DNA of 63,731 nucleotides, filler included, from Deltaproteobacteria bacterium (GTDB taxonomy: Bacteria > JAEEML01): assembly GCA_016283195.1 (NCBI GenBank). It is 3 parts of 3 records of this genome, joined end to end, with 100 filler letters (N's around TTAATTAATTAA, not from the genome) between each part and the next. Parts side by side here need not be neighbours in the genome. Positions count along the whole stretch, not along the records: positions 1 to 31,588 come from JAEEML010000147.1; 2 more parts are not named here. One strand, 5' to 3'. The translations under genes and the position numbers were made by a program. The notes under the pieces were generated by a model. It did not search any database. It had not been told where the DNA came from and worked only from the letters and a program-made list of their open reading frames with translations. This document shows positions 10,962-20,425 of this stretch, piece after piece. The number at the start of each line of letters is the position of its first letter. The stretch's first letter is position 1.

Positions 10962-11877
10962 CGATCTCTTGCCGTTTGGCCGCAATAATTTTTTTCAGCC
11001 CTTCATCCAGGCTATATTCGCATTTAAAGCCGTAAGCTCGCAATTTATCAGTAGCCGCCACCGAAGCCGCAATATCACCGGCACGCGCCGGCAAATACTC
11101 TATTTTAGCTAAAGAGGCGGTTAAAGTTATTATTTTTTTAGCCAGCTGCTCAATAGAAATGCCGCTTCCGGAGGCCACATTATACGCCCCGCTCATCACG
11201 GCATTTTCCATAGCCAGAACATTAGCAGCCACTACATCTTTTACATATATAAAATCGCGAGTTTGCCGGCCGTCACCATAGATACAAAGCGGCTCGTTTT
11301 TAAGTGCTTTCTCCACAAAAATCGGCACAGCCGCCGCATAAGTGCTCCGGCTGCTCTGGCGCGGGCCAAAGACATTAAAATAGCGCAGGGAGACAGTGGG
11401 CAAATCATACAATTTGCGGTACATTTCCAAATAATATTCACCGGTTAGCTTAGTTATAGCATAGGGAGAAAGTGGGGTTTTTGGCATATCCTCCGCTTGC
11501 GGCAAAATGGGCACGTCACCATAAACGGCCGAGGAGGAAGAAAAAATAACCTTTTTAAGGCCATGAGTCCGCGCGGCATCAAGGACATTTAAAAGGCCCA
11601 AAATATTTATTTCGTTGCACTCAGCAATCTGCGCAAGAGATTCCGGAACACTGGCAAGAGCGGCCAGATGAAAGAGATAATCGGCACCGGCCAGAGCAGC
11701 AAAAACAGCTTCACGGTTTGTTATCGAAGCATTTATCAGGCGGCATTTTATACCGGCCAAATTGGCCAAAGAGCCGCTCCGCAGATTATCCAGCACGATA
11801 ACATCGGCCTTATCCTGAAAATATTCGGCAATGTGACTGCCTATAAAACCGGCTCCACCGGTAATAACCACGCGCAT
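10954..11877 (-). CDS. NAD-dependent epimerase/dehydratase (UDP-hexose 4-epimerase-like)
   Basis: TGGAGFIG, YxxxK (YAITK), RYFNVFGP, GDGRQTRDF. Confidence 0.92.
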   Translation of the reverse strand: MRVVITGGAGFIGSHIAEYFQDKADVIVLDNLRSGSLANLAGIKCRLINASITNREAVFAALAGADYLFHLAALASVPESLAQIAECNEINILGLLNVLDAARTHGLKKVIFSSSSAVYGDVPILPQAEDMPKTPLSPYAITKLTGEYYLEMYRKLYDLPTVSLRYFNVFGPRQSSRSTYAAAVPIFVEKALKNEPLCIYGDGRQTRDFIYVKDVVAANVLAMENAVMSGAYNVASGSGISIEQLAKKIITLTASLAKIEYLPARAGDIAASVAATDKLRAYGFKCEYSLDEGLKKIIAAKRQEIDA

Positions 11878-11900
11878 TAAAATACCCGCCAAGAAAAGGC

Positions 11901-12797
11901 TTATTGAATAGCCAAATCAGCCCACACCGGGCAATGGCTCGATGGATAGGGCATTTCCGGCTGAGTAACACCACTATCCAGCTCTTTAAGGCCCTGTACT
12001 TCATCGTTATCGGAGGCGCGATAAAGAATATAATCGCTGCGCCGCCCCTCACCAAGGTTGCAAGGCGTTAAAATATTGCCGGAAAAAGAAGGATTTTTAC
12101 GTAATCCCTTTTCACTGCCGGCCACGGCCATTTCCGCACCTTTCAGGCGGTCCATCAAGCTACCGTCGGGGTCGATATCGAAATTCCCGGCCATAACCAG
12201 AAAGCCGTCCGGCTCGATTTTGTCATCCATAATACGCCTTAATTCTTCAATTTGCTGCTCGATAACCGCTGCCTTTTCCCCAAGTGATATTTGCACAAAA
12301 ATGAAAGTCAGCGTCCCCATGGGAACTTTTATATCACACATAATAAAGCCGGAACGTCTCTGGCCGCTGTTGTGAGTAAAAACATAGGCTTCGGCCCGCT
12401 CGATAGGCCACTTGGAGAGCACCATCATGCCACTTTCGGCCATCGGCATTTTGTCTTCAAAAAGATAAAAAGCTTGAAACGGATAAGCCAGGCTCTCAAG
12501 CACCGGCCTGGAAGGATCGCCTTTGGACCAGCCGCCGGTCACATCTTGCAAAACAATAATATCGCCTTTTAAAAATTTGATTTCCTCTACTGCTCTGTCC
12601 AGGCGATTTTTCTTATCTTTTTTTTGCCCATCCAGGTTAAAAGTCACTAAGCGCAAACGGTTTTCCGCAAAAGTATTTTGCGTGGAAAGCGGATTTTTGG
12701 CCAAATCTATTTCGGCGCCGGAAGTAACGCAGGCCGGCAAAAGAGTAAGGCTCAAAAGACCGCACAAAAAACCAATTTTTTCTTTCATTTTCTCCAT
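11901..12797 (-). CDS. Endonuclease/exonuclease/phosphatase (EEP)-fold lipoprotein with degenerate active site
   Basis: Lipobox LLPAC; RLVTFNL, IIVLQDV, LSKWPI, AGNFD, DYIL, SSHCPV correspond to EEP motifs. Confidence 0.75.
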   Translation of the reverse strand: MEKMKEKIGFLCGLLSLTLLPACVTSGAEIDLAKNPLSTQNTFAENRLRLVTFNLDGQKKDKKNRLDRAVEEIKFLKGDIIVLQDVTGGWSKGDPSRPVLESLAYPFQAFYLFEDKMPMAESGMMVLSKWPIERAEAYVFTHNSGQRRSGFIMCDIKVPMGTLTFIFVQISLGEKAAVIEQQIEELRRIMDDKIEPDGFLVMAGNFDIDPDGSLMDRLKGAEMAVAGSEKGLRKNPSFSGNILTPCNLGEGRRSDYILYRASDNDEVQGLKELDSGVTQPEMPYPSSHCPVWADLAIQ

Positions 12798-12950
12798 TTT
12801 TTTACCTCGCAGCATGGCCCGGGCCTTACATAGGCATAAGCGCCACCTCGCCCTTACTTTAATAATGCGCTTTATCTTTATCAATAGAGAATTGTTTTTT
12901 CTCTCGGCATCTGGTAGCATGAGGTGCTTTCTGTGGAAAGGAGGCATTTT

Positions 12951-14021
12951 ATGCTTATATTTTCAAAACAGAAAATCCGGCACTCCATAAGTATGGCCAT
13001 CTTCTCTTTTTGCGCGCTGTCACTCTTTGCTTTTGAGGCTATGGCCGCTAAGCCGGCTGCCAAACCGGCAGGAAAATCAGCCGCAAAGCCAGCAAGTAGC
13101 GCCAAAGGTTCGCTCATTATAGAATCAACATCAACTGGCGCCACCGTCTTCATTGACGGCAAGGAATATGGTACTATTCCTTTTAAACCCACTTCGCTCA
13201 CGGCCGGAAAGCATAAAATAGAAGTTAAAAACATGGGCTTTTTGGATTATTCCAACGAAGTCCAAATTAATGCTGGTAAAGGCACCCGCTTAAAAGTTGA
13301 CCTCCTCCCGGTGGCCTCTATTGTCAATCTGGCTTCTATGCCCGCCAAAGCCACTGTTTATATTGATGGCAAAGAGCGCGGCACCACTCCTACTAAAGTT
13401 GAGCTCAAAACCGGCACATACAATATTGAATTTAAATTAAAAGGTTATTTGCCTTTTAAAAAACAGTTAAAAATCACCAAGCTTGGCGAAAAGATACCAA
13501 TCTCGGCCACTTTGGAACAAGACAAGCTCGCTACCGATAAAGATGAAGACCCGCTTTTGGCCCTGCCCCTTGATTTGCCGCTGGAAATCCCCGGTGAAGA
13601 TCCGCTGGCACTGGAGCCGGTTGCCACACCGCCCGGCGGTGCCGAAGATGATCCTCTTTCTCTGGAGCCTCTGGATCTCGAACCGGTAGATAACGGCGCA
13701 AAGGCGATTTCGCCGACTGCTCCTCCGCCCCCCTCCCCGGAAGCTCCATCCGCTCAGGGTGATGCCAGTAGCGATAATGCCGCTCTCTTAGTTGTTCCGG
13801 CCGGAGCCGTTGGCGGAGGCATGACCGCCACCACCAAAGTAGAAAAAGAGAAGACCAAATGGTACAAAACATGGTGGTTTTGGACTATCACCGGCGCTGT
13901 TATCGTTGGCGCGGCTGTCGGTATCGGTGTGGGCGTGAGCCAGGCCCATAATACAGATTTGCCCCATTACGAAGGTACTTGGGTATTAGGTCAGGACGGC
14001 GGCTTCAGCTTTGGCAAGTAA
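12951..14021 (+). CDS. PEGA domain-containing membrane-anchored protein
   Basis: Signal peptide; two PEGA repeats (GATVFIDG..YG.IP, ATVYIDG..RGTTP); acidic Pro-rich linker; C-terminal WYKTWWFW plus TM helix. Confidence 0.85.
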   Translation: MLIFSKQKIRHSISMAIFSFCALSLFAFEAMAAKPAAKPAGKSAAKPASSAKGSLIIESTSTGATVFIDGKEYGTIPFKPTSLTAGKHKIEVKNMGFLDYSNEVQINAGKGTRLKVDLLPVASIVNLASMPAKATVYIDGKERGTTPTKVELKTGTYNIEFKLKGYLPFKKQLKITKLGEKIPISATLEQDKLATDKDEDPLLALPLDLPLEIPGEDPLALEPVATPPGGAEDDPLSLEPLDLEPVDNGAKAISPTAPPPPSPEAPSAQGDASSDNAALLVVPAGAVGGGMTATTKVEKEKTKWYKTWWFWTITGAVIVGAAVGIGVGVSQAHNTDLPHYEGTWVLGQDGGFSFGK

Positions 14022-14065
14022 ACTCCGACGTGCTCAGAATTTTCATCCCATTATTTTAAATTTTA

Positions 14066-14989
14066 TCAAATAAATAAGTCACTTATACTAATAATCGGCG
14101 TTAGCGTTAAATCAATTGTCTCCGCAGCTTGCGGCAAAAACTTTAAAGTCGCTTCATAAGCGTGAGCCACCACCACCACCGGCCGTTCTTCGCGCAAAGC
14201 CATTTTATGAGCATAATTAAGCTGGGCTTTTAATGAGGCTTCATCACCCCTGGTGCCATCGCCATCCAGATATATGTCACGGCGGGCCACCGGCACCCCG
14301 GCCGCGAGCCCTTTTTTGTACAAATAGCTGCTGCCGCTGTTTTTATTGTCTAAAATAAAGAGCTGCTTTTCAGCACATATTTCGCTAAAAGCTTCCATTA
14401 TTTTGGGCCGGGCCGTAAGTTTAGCGCCTTGATGATTACTCACGCCGTAAACTTCCGGCAGAGAGTTTAGCATTTTATTAAGCTCTGTCCTTAATTCATC
14501 GCGTTTCATATCGCTAATGAGACAGGCCTGATGATCAATCTCATTGCTATCCAGCGGTTCCATGGGAATATGGGCCATAGTCACCCAGCCGCGTTTTTTG
14601 GCCATAGCCGCCAGGCCGGCACTCCCGGAGCGCATGGGCACAAGACTTAAAGCCAGCGGATAATCCACTTTTTTTAGCCAATCGGCCTCATTCTTGTTGT
14701 TTCCCAGGCCAACCACTACCATAACCAGAGCCGCTCCTGGTTTTTCCAGTTTTTGCTCATCGACAGGAGTCAAGGGAGCATCAGGTTGTTTAGGTGCTTC
14801 ATTAGGCTCGCTTGCTGTATCCTGGGCTGCTATAACCTGTTCGGCGTTTTTTCCGGCTTCAGCATCCGGGCTGCGCGCCGCCGGCCATAAAAAGAGGCCA
14901 AGAATTATTAGCAACACCAAAAGTCCATTAGCAGCCCAAATAAGTTTTACCAGCCTCTGGCCCCGTTTTTGGGAGTCCGGTTCGTTCAT
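14066..14989 (-). CDS. Divergent polysaccharide deacetylase family (YibQ-like) membrane protein
   Basis: N-terminal TM helix; HIPMEP, GVSNHQG, RDIYLD motifs. Confidence 0.8.
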   Translation of the reverse strand: MNEPDSQKRGQRLVKLIWAANGLLVLLIILGLFLWPAARSPDAEAGKNAEQVIAAQDTASEPNEAPKQPDAPLTPVDEQKLEKPGAALVMVVVGLGNNKNEADWLKKVDYPLALSLVPMRSGSAGLAAMAKKRGWVTMAHIPMEPLDSNEIDHQACLISDMKRDELRTELNKMLNSLPEVYGVSNHQGAKLTARPKIMEAFSEICAEKQLFILDNKNSGSSYLYKKGLAAGVPVARRDIYLDGDGTRGDEASLKAQLNYAHKMALREERPVVVVAHAYEATLKFLPQAAETIDLTLTPIISISDLFI

Positions 14990-15005
14990 TGCCTTTTACC
15001 TTTTC

Positions 15006-15500
15006 TTACATGCTTTCCTTGTTAATGATAATATTTAAACTACTGCAGTTGGAGACCAAGCCGGCCTCGTCTATCAGTGCTAATCCCACCCGCATCAGCG
15101 CCCCATCAACAATTTCCCCGCTGGGCACAATGCGTAAAAGAATAGGCACCTCGCCGGAAGTAGCCCCGGCATCAAGAGCGCGCTCTTTAAAAAGCTCATT
15201 CATATTAAGGCGGTTAACTTCTTTCTTTTCTAAAAAAATAGCCAGCTTACCATTGGCAAGGTCACCGTTACTATCGGAAAAGGCCAAATTCATGATAACC
15301 AGCCAGGGGTCATCACCGCTGGAACTTAAGCCCTCAAACTCGGCTTTTTGCTCACCTGCAAGCTGATTGACACTCTCGATATGAGGAGCAAGCGGGCTGC
15401 TGTCGGCAGGTATTACACAATAATCAGGCTCGGCACAACTGCCTATTATAGCACACAAAAAGAGAGAAAAAAGCGTTTTAACCAATATATCTTTCATCAT
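15006..15500 (-). CDS. Hypothetical lipoprotein
   Basis: Signal peptide with IGSC lipobox; 164-aa ORF co-oriented with neighbour. Confidence 0.65.
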   Translation of the reverse strand: MMKDILVKTLFSLFLCAIIGSCAEPDYCVIPADSSPLAPHIESVNQLAGEQKAEFEGLSSSGDDPWLVIMNLAFSDSNGDLANGKLAIFLEKKEVNRLNMNELFKERALDAGATSGEVPILLRIVPSGEIVDGALMRVGLALIDEAGLVSNCSSLNIIINKESM

Positions 15501-15577
15501 AATTGAACCTGCCTATTGACGTCAGCGTCATTAGTCGCTAGAAATTCATAGCACCTGCGCTATACCGGAGGGAAGAC

Positions 15578-16234
15578 ATGGATCTAACAAAAATGCAATA
15601 TGAAAACATCACCCTGGCAGAAATAACCCCTGATGATGAAGATGAACTTCTAAGCATTGCCAAACTGGCCGATGATGAAGGCATCCAGCACGGTGACTGG
15701 GTAGCTCGCAGTTTCACCAGTAATGATGAGCAGTTAGCCATGCTTCAGAATGGTGTTAACCCGGAAAACGGTGAGCCCTACAGCGACGAAGAACGGCTGG
15801 AAGACATTTTGAGTATCATTACCAATCTGCTGGAATCGCACTACCGCAAAAACCAGGTAAAAATATGGAAAATTTTTAACGAAGAAGAGGAAGAAGTCGG
15901 CTATATGCTCTACATGGGCTGCTACGGTTCACCTTATTTGCATTTTTTAATGCTGCCCGATTACAACGATATTGAAACAAAAGCCGAAATTATGGGTAAT
16001 TCCATTATAGCCGCCGCTCCGTTTCTTGATTTTTACTTCAGCAAACTGGAGCCAAAAGAGACCGAAATTCGCCTTTATCCCTTCCATGAAGATGTGGAAG
16101 ATTTGGAATTTAGTCTGGGGCAGCTCGGTTTCCAACAACATGAAGATCTCGATTACTACGATTACAAACGGCTGGCCCGCTTTGGCCTAAACCGCGCCGC
16201 TTTTGAAGCCCTGAAAAATAGTCTCGAATACTAG
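15578..16234 (+). CDS. Acidic hypothetical protein, possibly GNAT-like fold
   Basis: GGAGG RBS; 218 aa; VGYM and LGQLGF segments resemble GNAT motifs; 8 bp upstream of glpK. Confidence 0.6.
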   Translation: MDLTKMQYENITLAEITPDDEDELLSIAKLADDEGIQHGDWVARSFTSNDEQLAMLQNGVNPENGEPYSDEERLEDILSIITNLLESHYRKNQVKIWKIFNEEEEEVGYMLYMGCYGSPYLHFLMLPDYNDIETKAEIMGNSIIAAAPFLDFYFSKLEPKETEIRLYPFHEDVEDLEFSLGQLGFQQHEDLDYYDYKRLARFGLNRAAFEALKNSLEY

Positions 16235-16242
16235 GAGTTATT

Positions 16243-17721
16243 ATGGCTGATTATATTCTGGCCATCGACCAGGGTACCACCACCACTACCGTTATTCTGG
16301 TTAATGCGGCTATGGAACTATGCGGCAAAGTGAGCATTGAGTTTCCGCAGTATTATCCCAAACCGGGCTGGGTGGAACACAATTTGGAAGAAATCTGGCA
16401 AGCTACCTGCGCAGCCATGGAAAAAGTTTTGCAAAAAACCGGCATTTCCGGCGAACAAATAGCGGCTATCGGCATCACCAATCAGAGAGAAACCACCGGT
16501 CTCTGGCACCGCGACAGCGGCAAACCGCTCTATAACGCCATTGTCTGGCAATGTCGGCGCACGGCCTCTATATGCCGCGATCTTATGGCCAGAGGCTGCG
16601 AAAATCTCTTCAGCACGAGAACAGGCCTGGTTTTGGACCCTTATTTCAGCGGCACCAAACTGGGCTGGCTTTTGGATAATATTCCCGGAGCCCGCGACCT
16701 GGCCCGCCGCGGCAAACTCTGCTTTGGCACCATAGATACCTTCCTGCTCTACCGCTTAAGCGGCGGCGCGGTGCATATAACCGATGTCACCAACGCCTCG
16801 CGCACCCTGATGTTTGATATAAACAAATTATCTTGGGATCCGGAGCTGGTGGATCTGGTGGGCGCCGAAAGCGAAACCCTGCCGGAAGTTAAAAGCTCCA
16901 GCGAGATCTATGGCTACACCAAAGGGCTCTCCTGTCTCCCGGACGGTATTCCCATCTCCGGCATTGCCGGCGATCAGCAGGCAGCCTTATTCGGCCAAGC
17001 CTGTTTTAAAGCCGGCATGGTAAAAGCCACTTACGGCACCGGAAGTTTTATTCTGATGAACACCGGCAAAAAAGCTGTGGCCTCAAGTCATGGCCTGCTC
17101 ACTACTATCGGCTGGAAAATCGGTGATGATGTCACTTACGCCCTGGAGGGCAGCGCTTTTATCGCCGGCGCCATGGTACAATGGCTGCGCGATGGACTAA
17201 AAGTAATAAACAGCGCTCCGGAAATAGAAGCTCTGGCCGCCTCGGTTGCAGATTCCGAAGGCGTGGTGGTAGTGCCTTCGCTCTCCGGCCTGGGCGCGCC
17301 GTATTGGCGCCCGGAAGCGCGCGGTATTATTACCGGCATCACCAGAGGCACCACCGCGGCCCACATAGCGCGGGCCGCTCTCGAAGGGCTCGCTTTGCAA
17401 AATCACGACTTAATCAGCGCCATGGCTATGGATGCTTCCGAAGCACTGAATATTATCCGCGTTGACGGCGGCGCTTCGGCCAACAATCTCTTGATGCAAC
17501 TGCAAGCCGATATTTTGCAAGTGCCGGTATCACGCCCGCAAATTATTGAAACCACTGCTCTGGGGGCCGCCGTTTTGGCCGGCCTGGCCGTGGGCTTTTA
17601 TGATTCTCTGGAACAAGTGGCCAATACCTGGCACGAAGAACGGCGCTTTGAGCCGCAAGCGACAAGGCAGTGGGTGAGCGATAAATTACGCTCCTGGCAA
17701 AAAGCTGTCACCTGCGCCTGA
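16243..17721 (+). CDS. glpK: Glycerol kinase
   Basis: IDQGTT, GITNQRET, DPYFSGTK, GDQQAALFGQ, TYGTG, YALEG motifs. Confidence 0.97.
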   Translation: MADYILAIDQGTTTTTVILVNAAMELCGKVSIEFPQYYPKPGWVEHNLEEIWQATCAAMEKVLQKTGISGEQIAAIGITNQRETTGLWHRDSGKPLYNAIVWQCRRTASICRDLMARGCENLFSTRTGLVLDPYFSGTKLGWLLDNIPGARDLARRGKLCFGTIDTFLLYRLSGGAVHITDVTNASRTLMFDINKLSWDPELVDLVGAESETLPEVKSSSEIYGYTKGLSCLPDGIPISGIAGDQQAALFGQACFKAGMVKATYGTGSFILMNTGKKAVASSHGLLTTIGWKIGDDVTYALEGSAFIAGAMVQWLRDGLKVINSAPEIEALAASVADSEGVVVVPSLSGLGAPYWRPEARGIITGITRGTTAAHIARAALEGLALQNHDLISAMAMDASEALNIIRVDGGASANNLLMQLQADILQVPVSRPQIIETTALGAAVLAGLAVGFYDSLEQVANTWHEERRFEPQATRQWVSDKLRSWQKAVTCA

Positions 17722-17815
17722 GGAAAAGTTAAAGACTGAGCTTTTTTCAATTGTCCTTTCAGGATAATTAGTATATTGGTTAATTATTGTGGCTCGTCTC
17801 GAGAGGAGATTAGAC

Positions 17816-18073
17816 ATGAAATTTAGATTTACCAGGAAGATTGTGGCGTTTACTTTGGCCGCTGCTATATTAGCCTTACCGCTTTCAACAGCTTCGGCTC
17901 AACAATATGCCAAAAAAACCGTCATAAACTTTGATGATGACACCATTGAGGGCGATTTAAACCGCCCCGACGGCGATTACCTCGATGCTATGAAAAGCCG
18001 GAAATACCAAAGCCTCATCAAAATTCGCACTAATTTCAAAACCGAGATTCTGCAATCGGTGAGGAAGCTATAA
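17816..18073 (+). CDS. cglF: Adventurous gliding motility protein CglF/GltF-like
   Basis: Signal peptide then KKTVINFDDDTIEGDLNRPDG...LIKIRTNF..EIL.S, typical of CglF/GltF; directly upstream of gltG-like gene. Confidence 0.8.
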   Translation: MKFRFTRKIVAFTLAAAILALPLSTASAQQYAKKTVINFDDDTIEGDLNRPDGDYLDAMKSRKYQSLIKIRTNFKTEILQSVRKL

Positions 18074-18124
18074 TTCTTTATTATTATTGTTTTTTAAAAT
18101 TTTATCTGGAAAGGTAAGTTAGAA

Positions 18125-20119
18125 ATGGCCATCCAAATTTATTTGGAAGTGTATAGCGGAGAGACGGTTAAAGAGGTCAAAGAGTTTGACCGCGAAACCA
18201 TCAAAATCGGCCGTCTCTCTTCTGCACATTTGCGCCTTGAGGATCCCAAGGTTGCCCGTATCCATACCATTATTGAGGCCGGCGCCACAGCCGACAGCGT
18301 TTCCATTCAGGATTTGGGTAGCAGCATCGGCACTCTTGTAAACGGCAACAAAGTGAATAAAGCCAAGCTGAACAGCGGTGATACCATCGTCTTGGGTGAT
18401 ACCAAGATGGTAATATACATCGGTTCGCGCCCCAGTGCTGTAGCCGGAAATCAGCCCCAGGCCATGCCCGGCCAGATGGCGGCTCCAATGCCGGGAATGC
18501 CGGGCAAAATAGCAGCAGGGCCGCAAATGGCCGCAGTTGCCACGCCCTTTGTTCAGCAGCCGCAGCAACCGGTAGCCATGCAAATGCCCAAACCGGTGCC
18601 TGCTCCGGAAATCTCTTCATCTGCCGAAGTATTGCGTTTTGATAGCGGCGAAGAGCAAAATGATGACAATAATCTAACCCAGCAGCGCATTTCCACTTCC
18701 AAACTGGGCAAAGCGGCTATCGAGCAAAAGGCCCACCCGGCCCTGCCGCCGGAAGACCGCATGACTCCTGATAACATGAATCTGGAAATGCGCGTCTATT
18801 GGGGACAAATTCTCCTGGATATCCGCCACTATAACAAAGTGCCAAAAATTTCCATCGGCGAAGCCAAAGGCCATGTCGATATTTTCGTCACCGCCGAACA
18901 ATTGCCCAATAAAGCCAACTTCCCTATCATCCGTTACATGGATGAGCAATATATTCTCACCTTCCATAACTCTATGGAGGGTGAATTTGATTACGGTGAC
19001 GGCGTCTCTCGCAAATTGGAAGACCTCAAAAAGAGCACCAAAGTCAGAAAAGATGATGACCTTGACGATTCTTATCAATTGCCGCTAACTCCGGAGACCA
19101 AAGGTATCATCCACTATGCCGGCATGACCTTTGCTTTCCGCTTTGTTTCGCCGCCTAAAGCGCTTAAGAGCTCGCCTTTTTCCGGCCTCGATGTCAACTT
19201 TATCAACTTGGTCTCCATGAGTTTCTGCCTGCATTTGGCTTTTATTATCATGGCCTATGTTTATCCCTTCGACGTTCAGGATTTAAAAGAAAACCTCTTT
19301 ACCGAGCCTGACCGTTTCGCCGCCCTCATCGTTGCCCCGCCGCAAGAGAACAAGAGCGCCGAAGATCTTTTGAAGAAGATGCAAGAAAAGGCCAAAAAAG
19401 AGCAGGAAGAACTACAGAAGAAGAAAGAAGAAAAGAAAGAGCAGCCCAAAGAAAAGGTTGTTACCAAAACTGTCACCAAGCAGGAAAAGCAGCAAAAGAA
19501 CCAAGCTAATGTTAAAAAAGCGCTCGATCAGCTCTTCTCCTCCGATGATGACGGCGGTAGCCTTTTGGGCGGTGGTGGCGGTGGTAGCCTCTCCGGTACC
19601 CTCTCCAACGTAATCGGTACTATGGGTTCCGGCTCAGCTTCGGCTGGTCTTGCCGGTCTCGGTATCCGCGGCTCCGGCCCCATGACCGGCGGCGGTGTCG
19701 GTACCTCGCGCGGCATTGGCGGCATCGGTCTCTTGGGCGGTGGCGGCAAAGGCGCTAATTACAATGTCGGCCAAAAGAAAAAGGTCGAAGTTAAAGTTGA
19801 ATTCAACACAGAGCCTTCCATTACCGGCGGTCTCACCAAAGCCGATATTAAGAAGGTCATTCATAAAAACCGCAACCAGATTCGTTTCTGCTACGAGCAA
19901 GGGCTCGCAACCAACAAAAACCTGGAAGGCCGTGTGGCTATTCAGTGGGTTATCAACGGCCAGGGCAATGTGGTCATGGCCACTGTTTCGCAAAGCGATA
20001 TGGCTGTAAAATCGGTTGAACAGTGCATGGTAGCCAAAATCAAGACTTGGAAGTTCCCGGAGCCCAAAGGCGGTGGTATCGTCGAAGTCAATTATCCGTT
20101 TATCTTTAAAACATCGTGA
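18125..20119 (+). CDS. gltG: Gliding motility protein GltG/PglI-like (FHA, TM, coiled coil, Gly-rich, TonB-C-like domain)
   Basis: FHA (IKIGR...VARIH...DLGSSIGTLVNG); TM with S..LH; charged helix; C-terminal IRFCYEQGL...WKFPEPKGGG.VEVNYPF. Confidence 0.82.
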   Translation: MAIQIYLEVYSGETVKEVKEFDRETIKIGRLSSAHLRLEDPKVARIHTIIEAGATADSVSIQDLGSSIGTLVNGNKVNKAKLNSGDTIVLGDTKMVIYIGSRPSAVAGNQPQAMPGQMAAPMPGMPGKIAAGPQMAAVATPFVQQPQQPVAMQMPKPVPAPEISSSAEVLRFDSGEEQNDDNNLTQQRISTSKLGKAAIEQKAHPALPPEDRMTPDNMNLEMRVYWGQILLDIRHYNKVPKISIGEAKGHVDIFVTAEQLPNKANFPIIRYMDEQYILTFHNSMEGEFDYGDGVSRKLEDLKKSTKVRKDDDLDDSYQLPLTPETKGIIHYAGMTFAFRFVSPPKALKSSPFSGLDVNFINLVSMSFCLHLAFIIMAYVYPFDVQDLKENLFTEPDRFAALIVAPPQENKSAEDLLKKMQEKAKKEQEELQKKKEEKKEQPKEKVVTKTVTKQEKQQKNQANVKKALDQLFSSDDDGGSLLGGGGGGSLSGTLSNVIGTMGSGSASAGLAGLGIRGSGPMTGGGVGTSRGIGGIGLLGGGGKGANYNVGQKKKVEVKVEFNTEPSITGGLTKADIKKVIHKNRNQIRFCYEQGLATNKNLEGRVAIQWVINGQGNVVMATVSQSDMAVKSVEQCMVAKIKTWKFPEPKGGGIVEVNYPFIFKTS

Positions 20120-20203
20120 TTTTAGGTTTTTTATAATTGCTTTATTAACTATTTTCAGCATTGTACGGCTACCGTTAAGGGCGCTACAGTGGAGTCAAAA
20201 GGT

Positions 20204-20404
20204 ATGAACGAAGTGAGTTCCAACCAGAAAAAAATTTCAACTACTGTCTATATAACTAAAGAGCAAAGTGAACTTTTAAAAACTTTGCACCAACGCACCA
20301 AAGTGCCTGTGGCCGAATATATCCGCCAGGGTATTGATATGGTCTTGGAAAAAAATCGCCAATCACTGCCGGGACAGCTCACAATAGATGACGCTGACCG
20401 CTAA
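20204..20404 (+). CDS. Ribbon-helix-helix DNA-binding protein
   Basis: KKISTTVYIT strand plus two helices (LKTLHQRTKVPVAEYIRQGIDMVL). Confidence 0.8.
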   Translation: MNEVSSNQKKISTTVYITKEQSELLKTLHQRTKVPVAEYIRQGIDMVLEKNRQSLPGQLTIDDADR

Positions 20405-20425
20405 TCCCCCTGCTTTGCGGGGATC

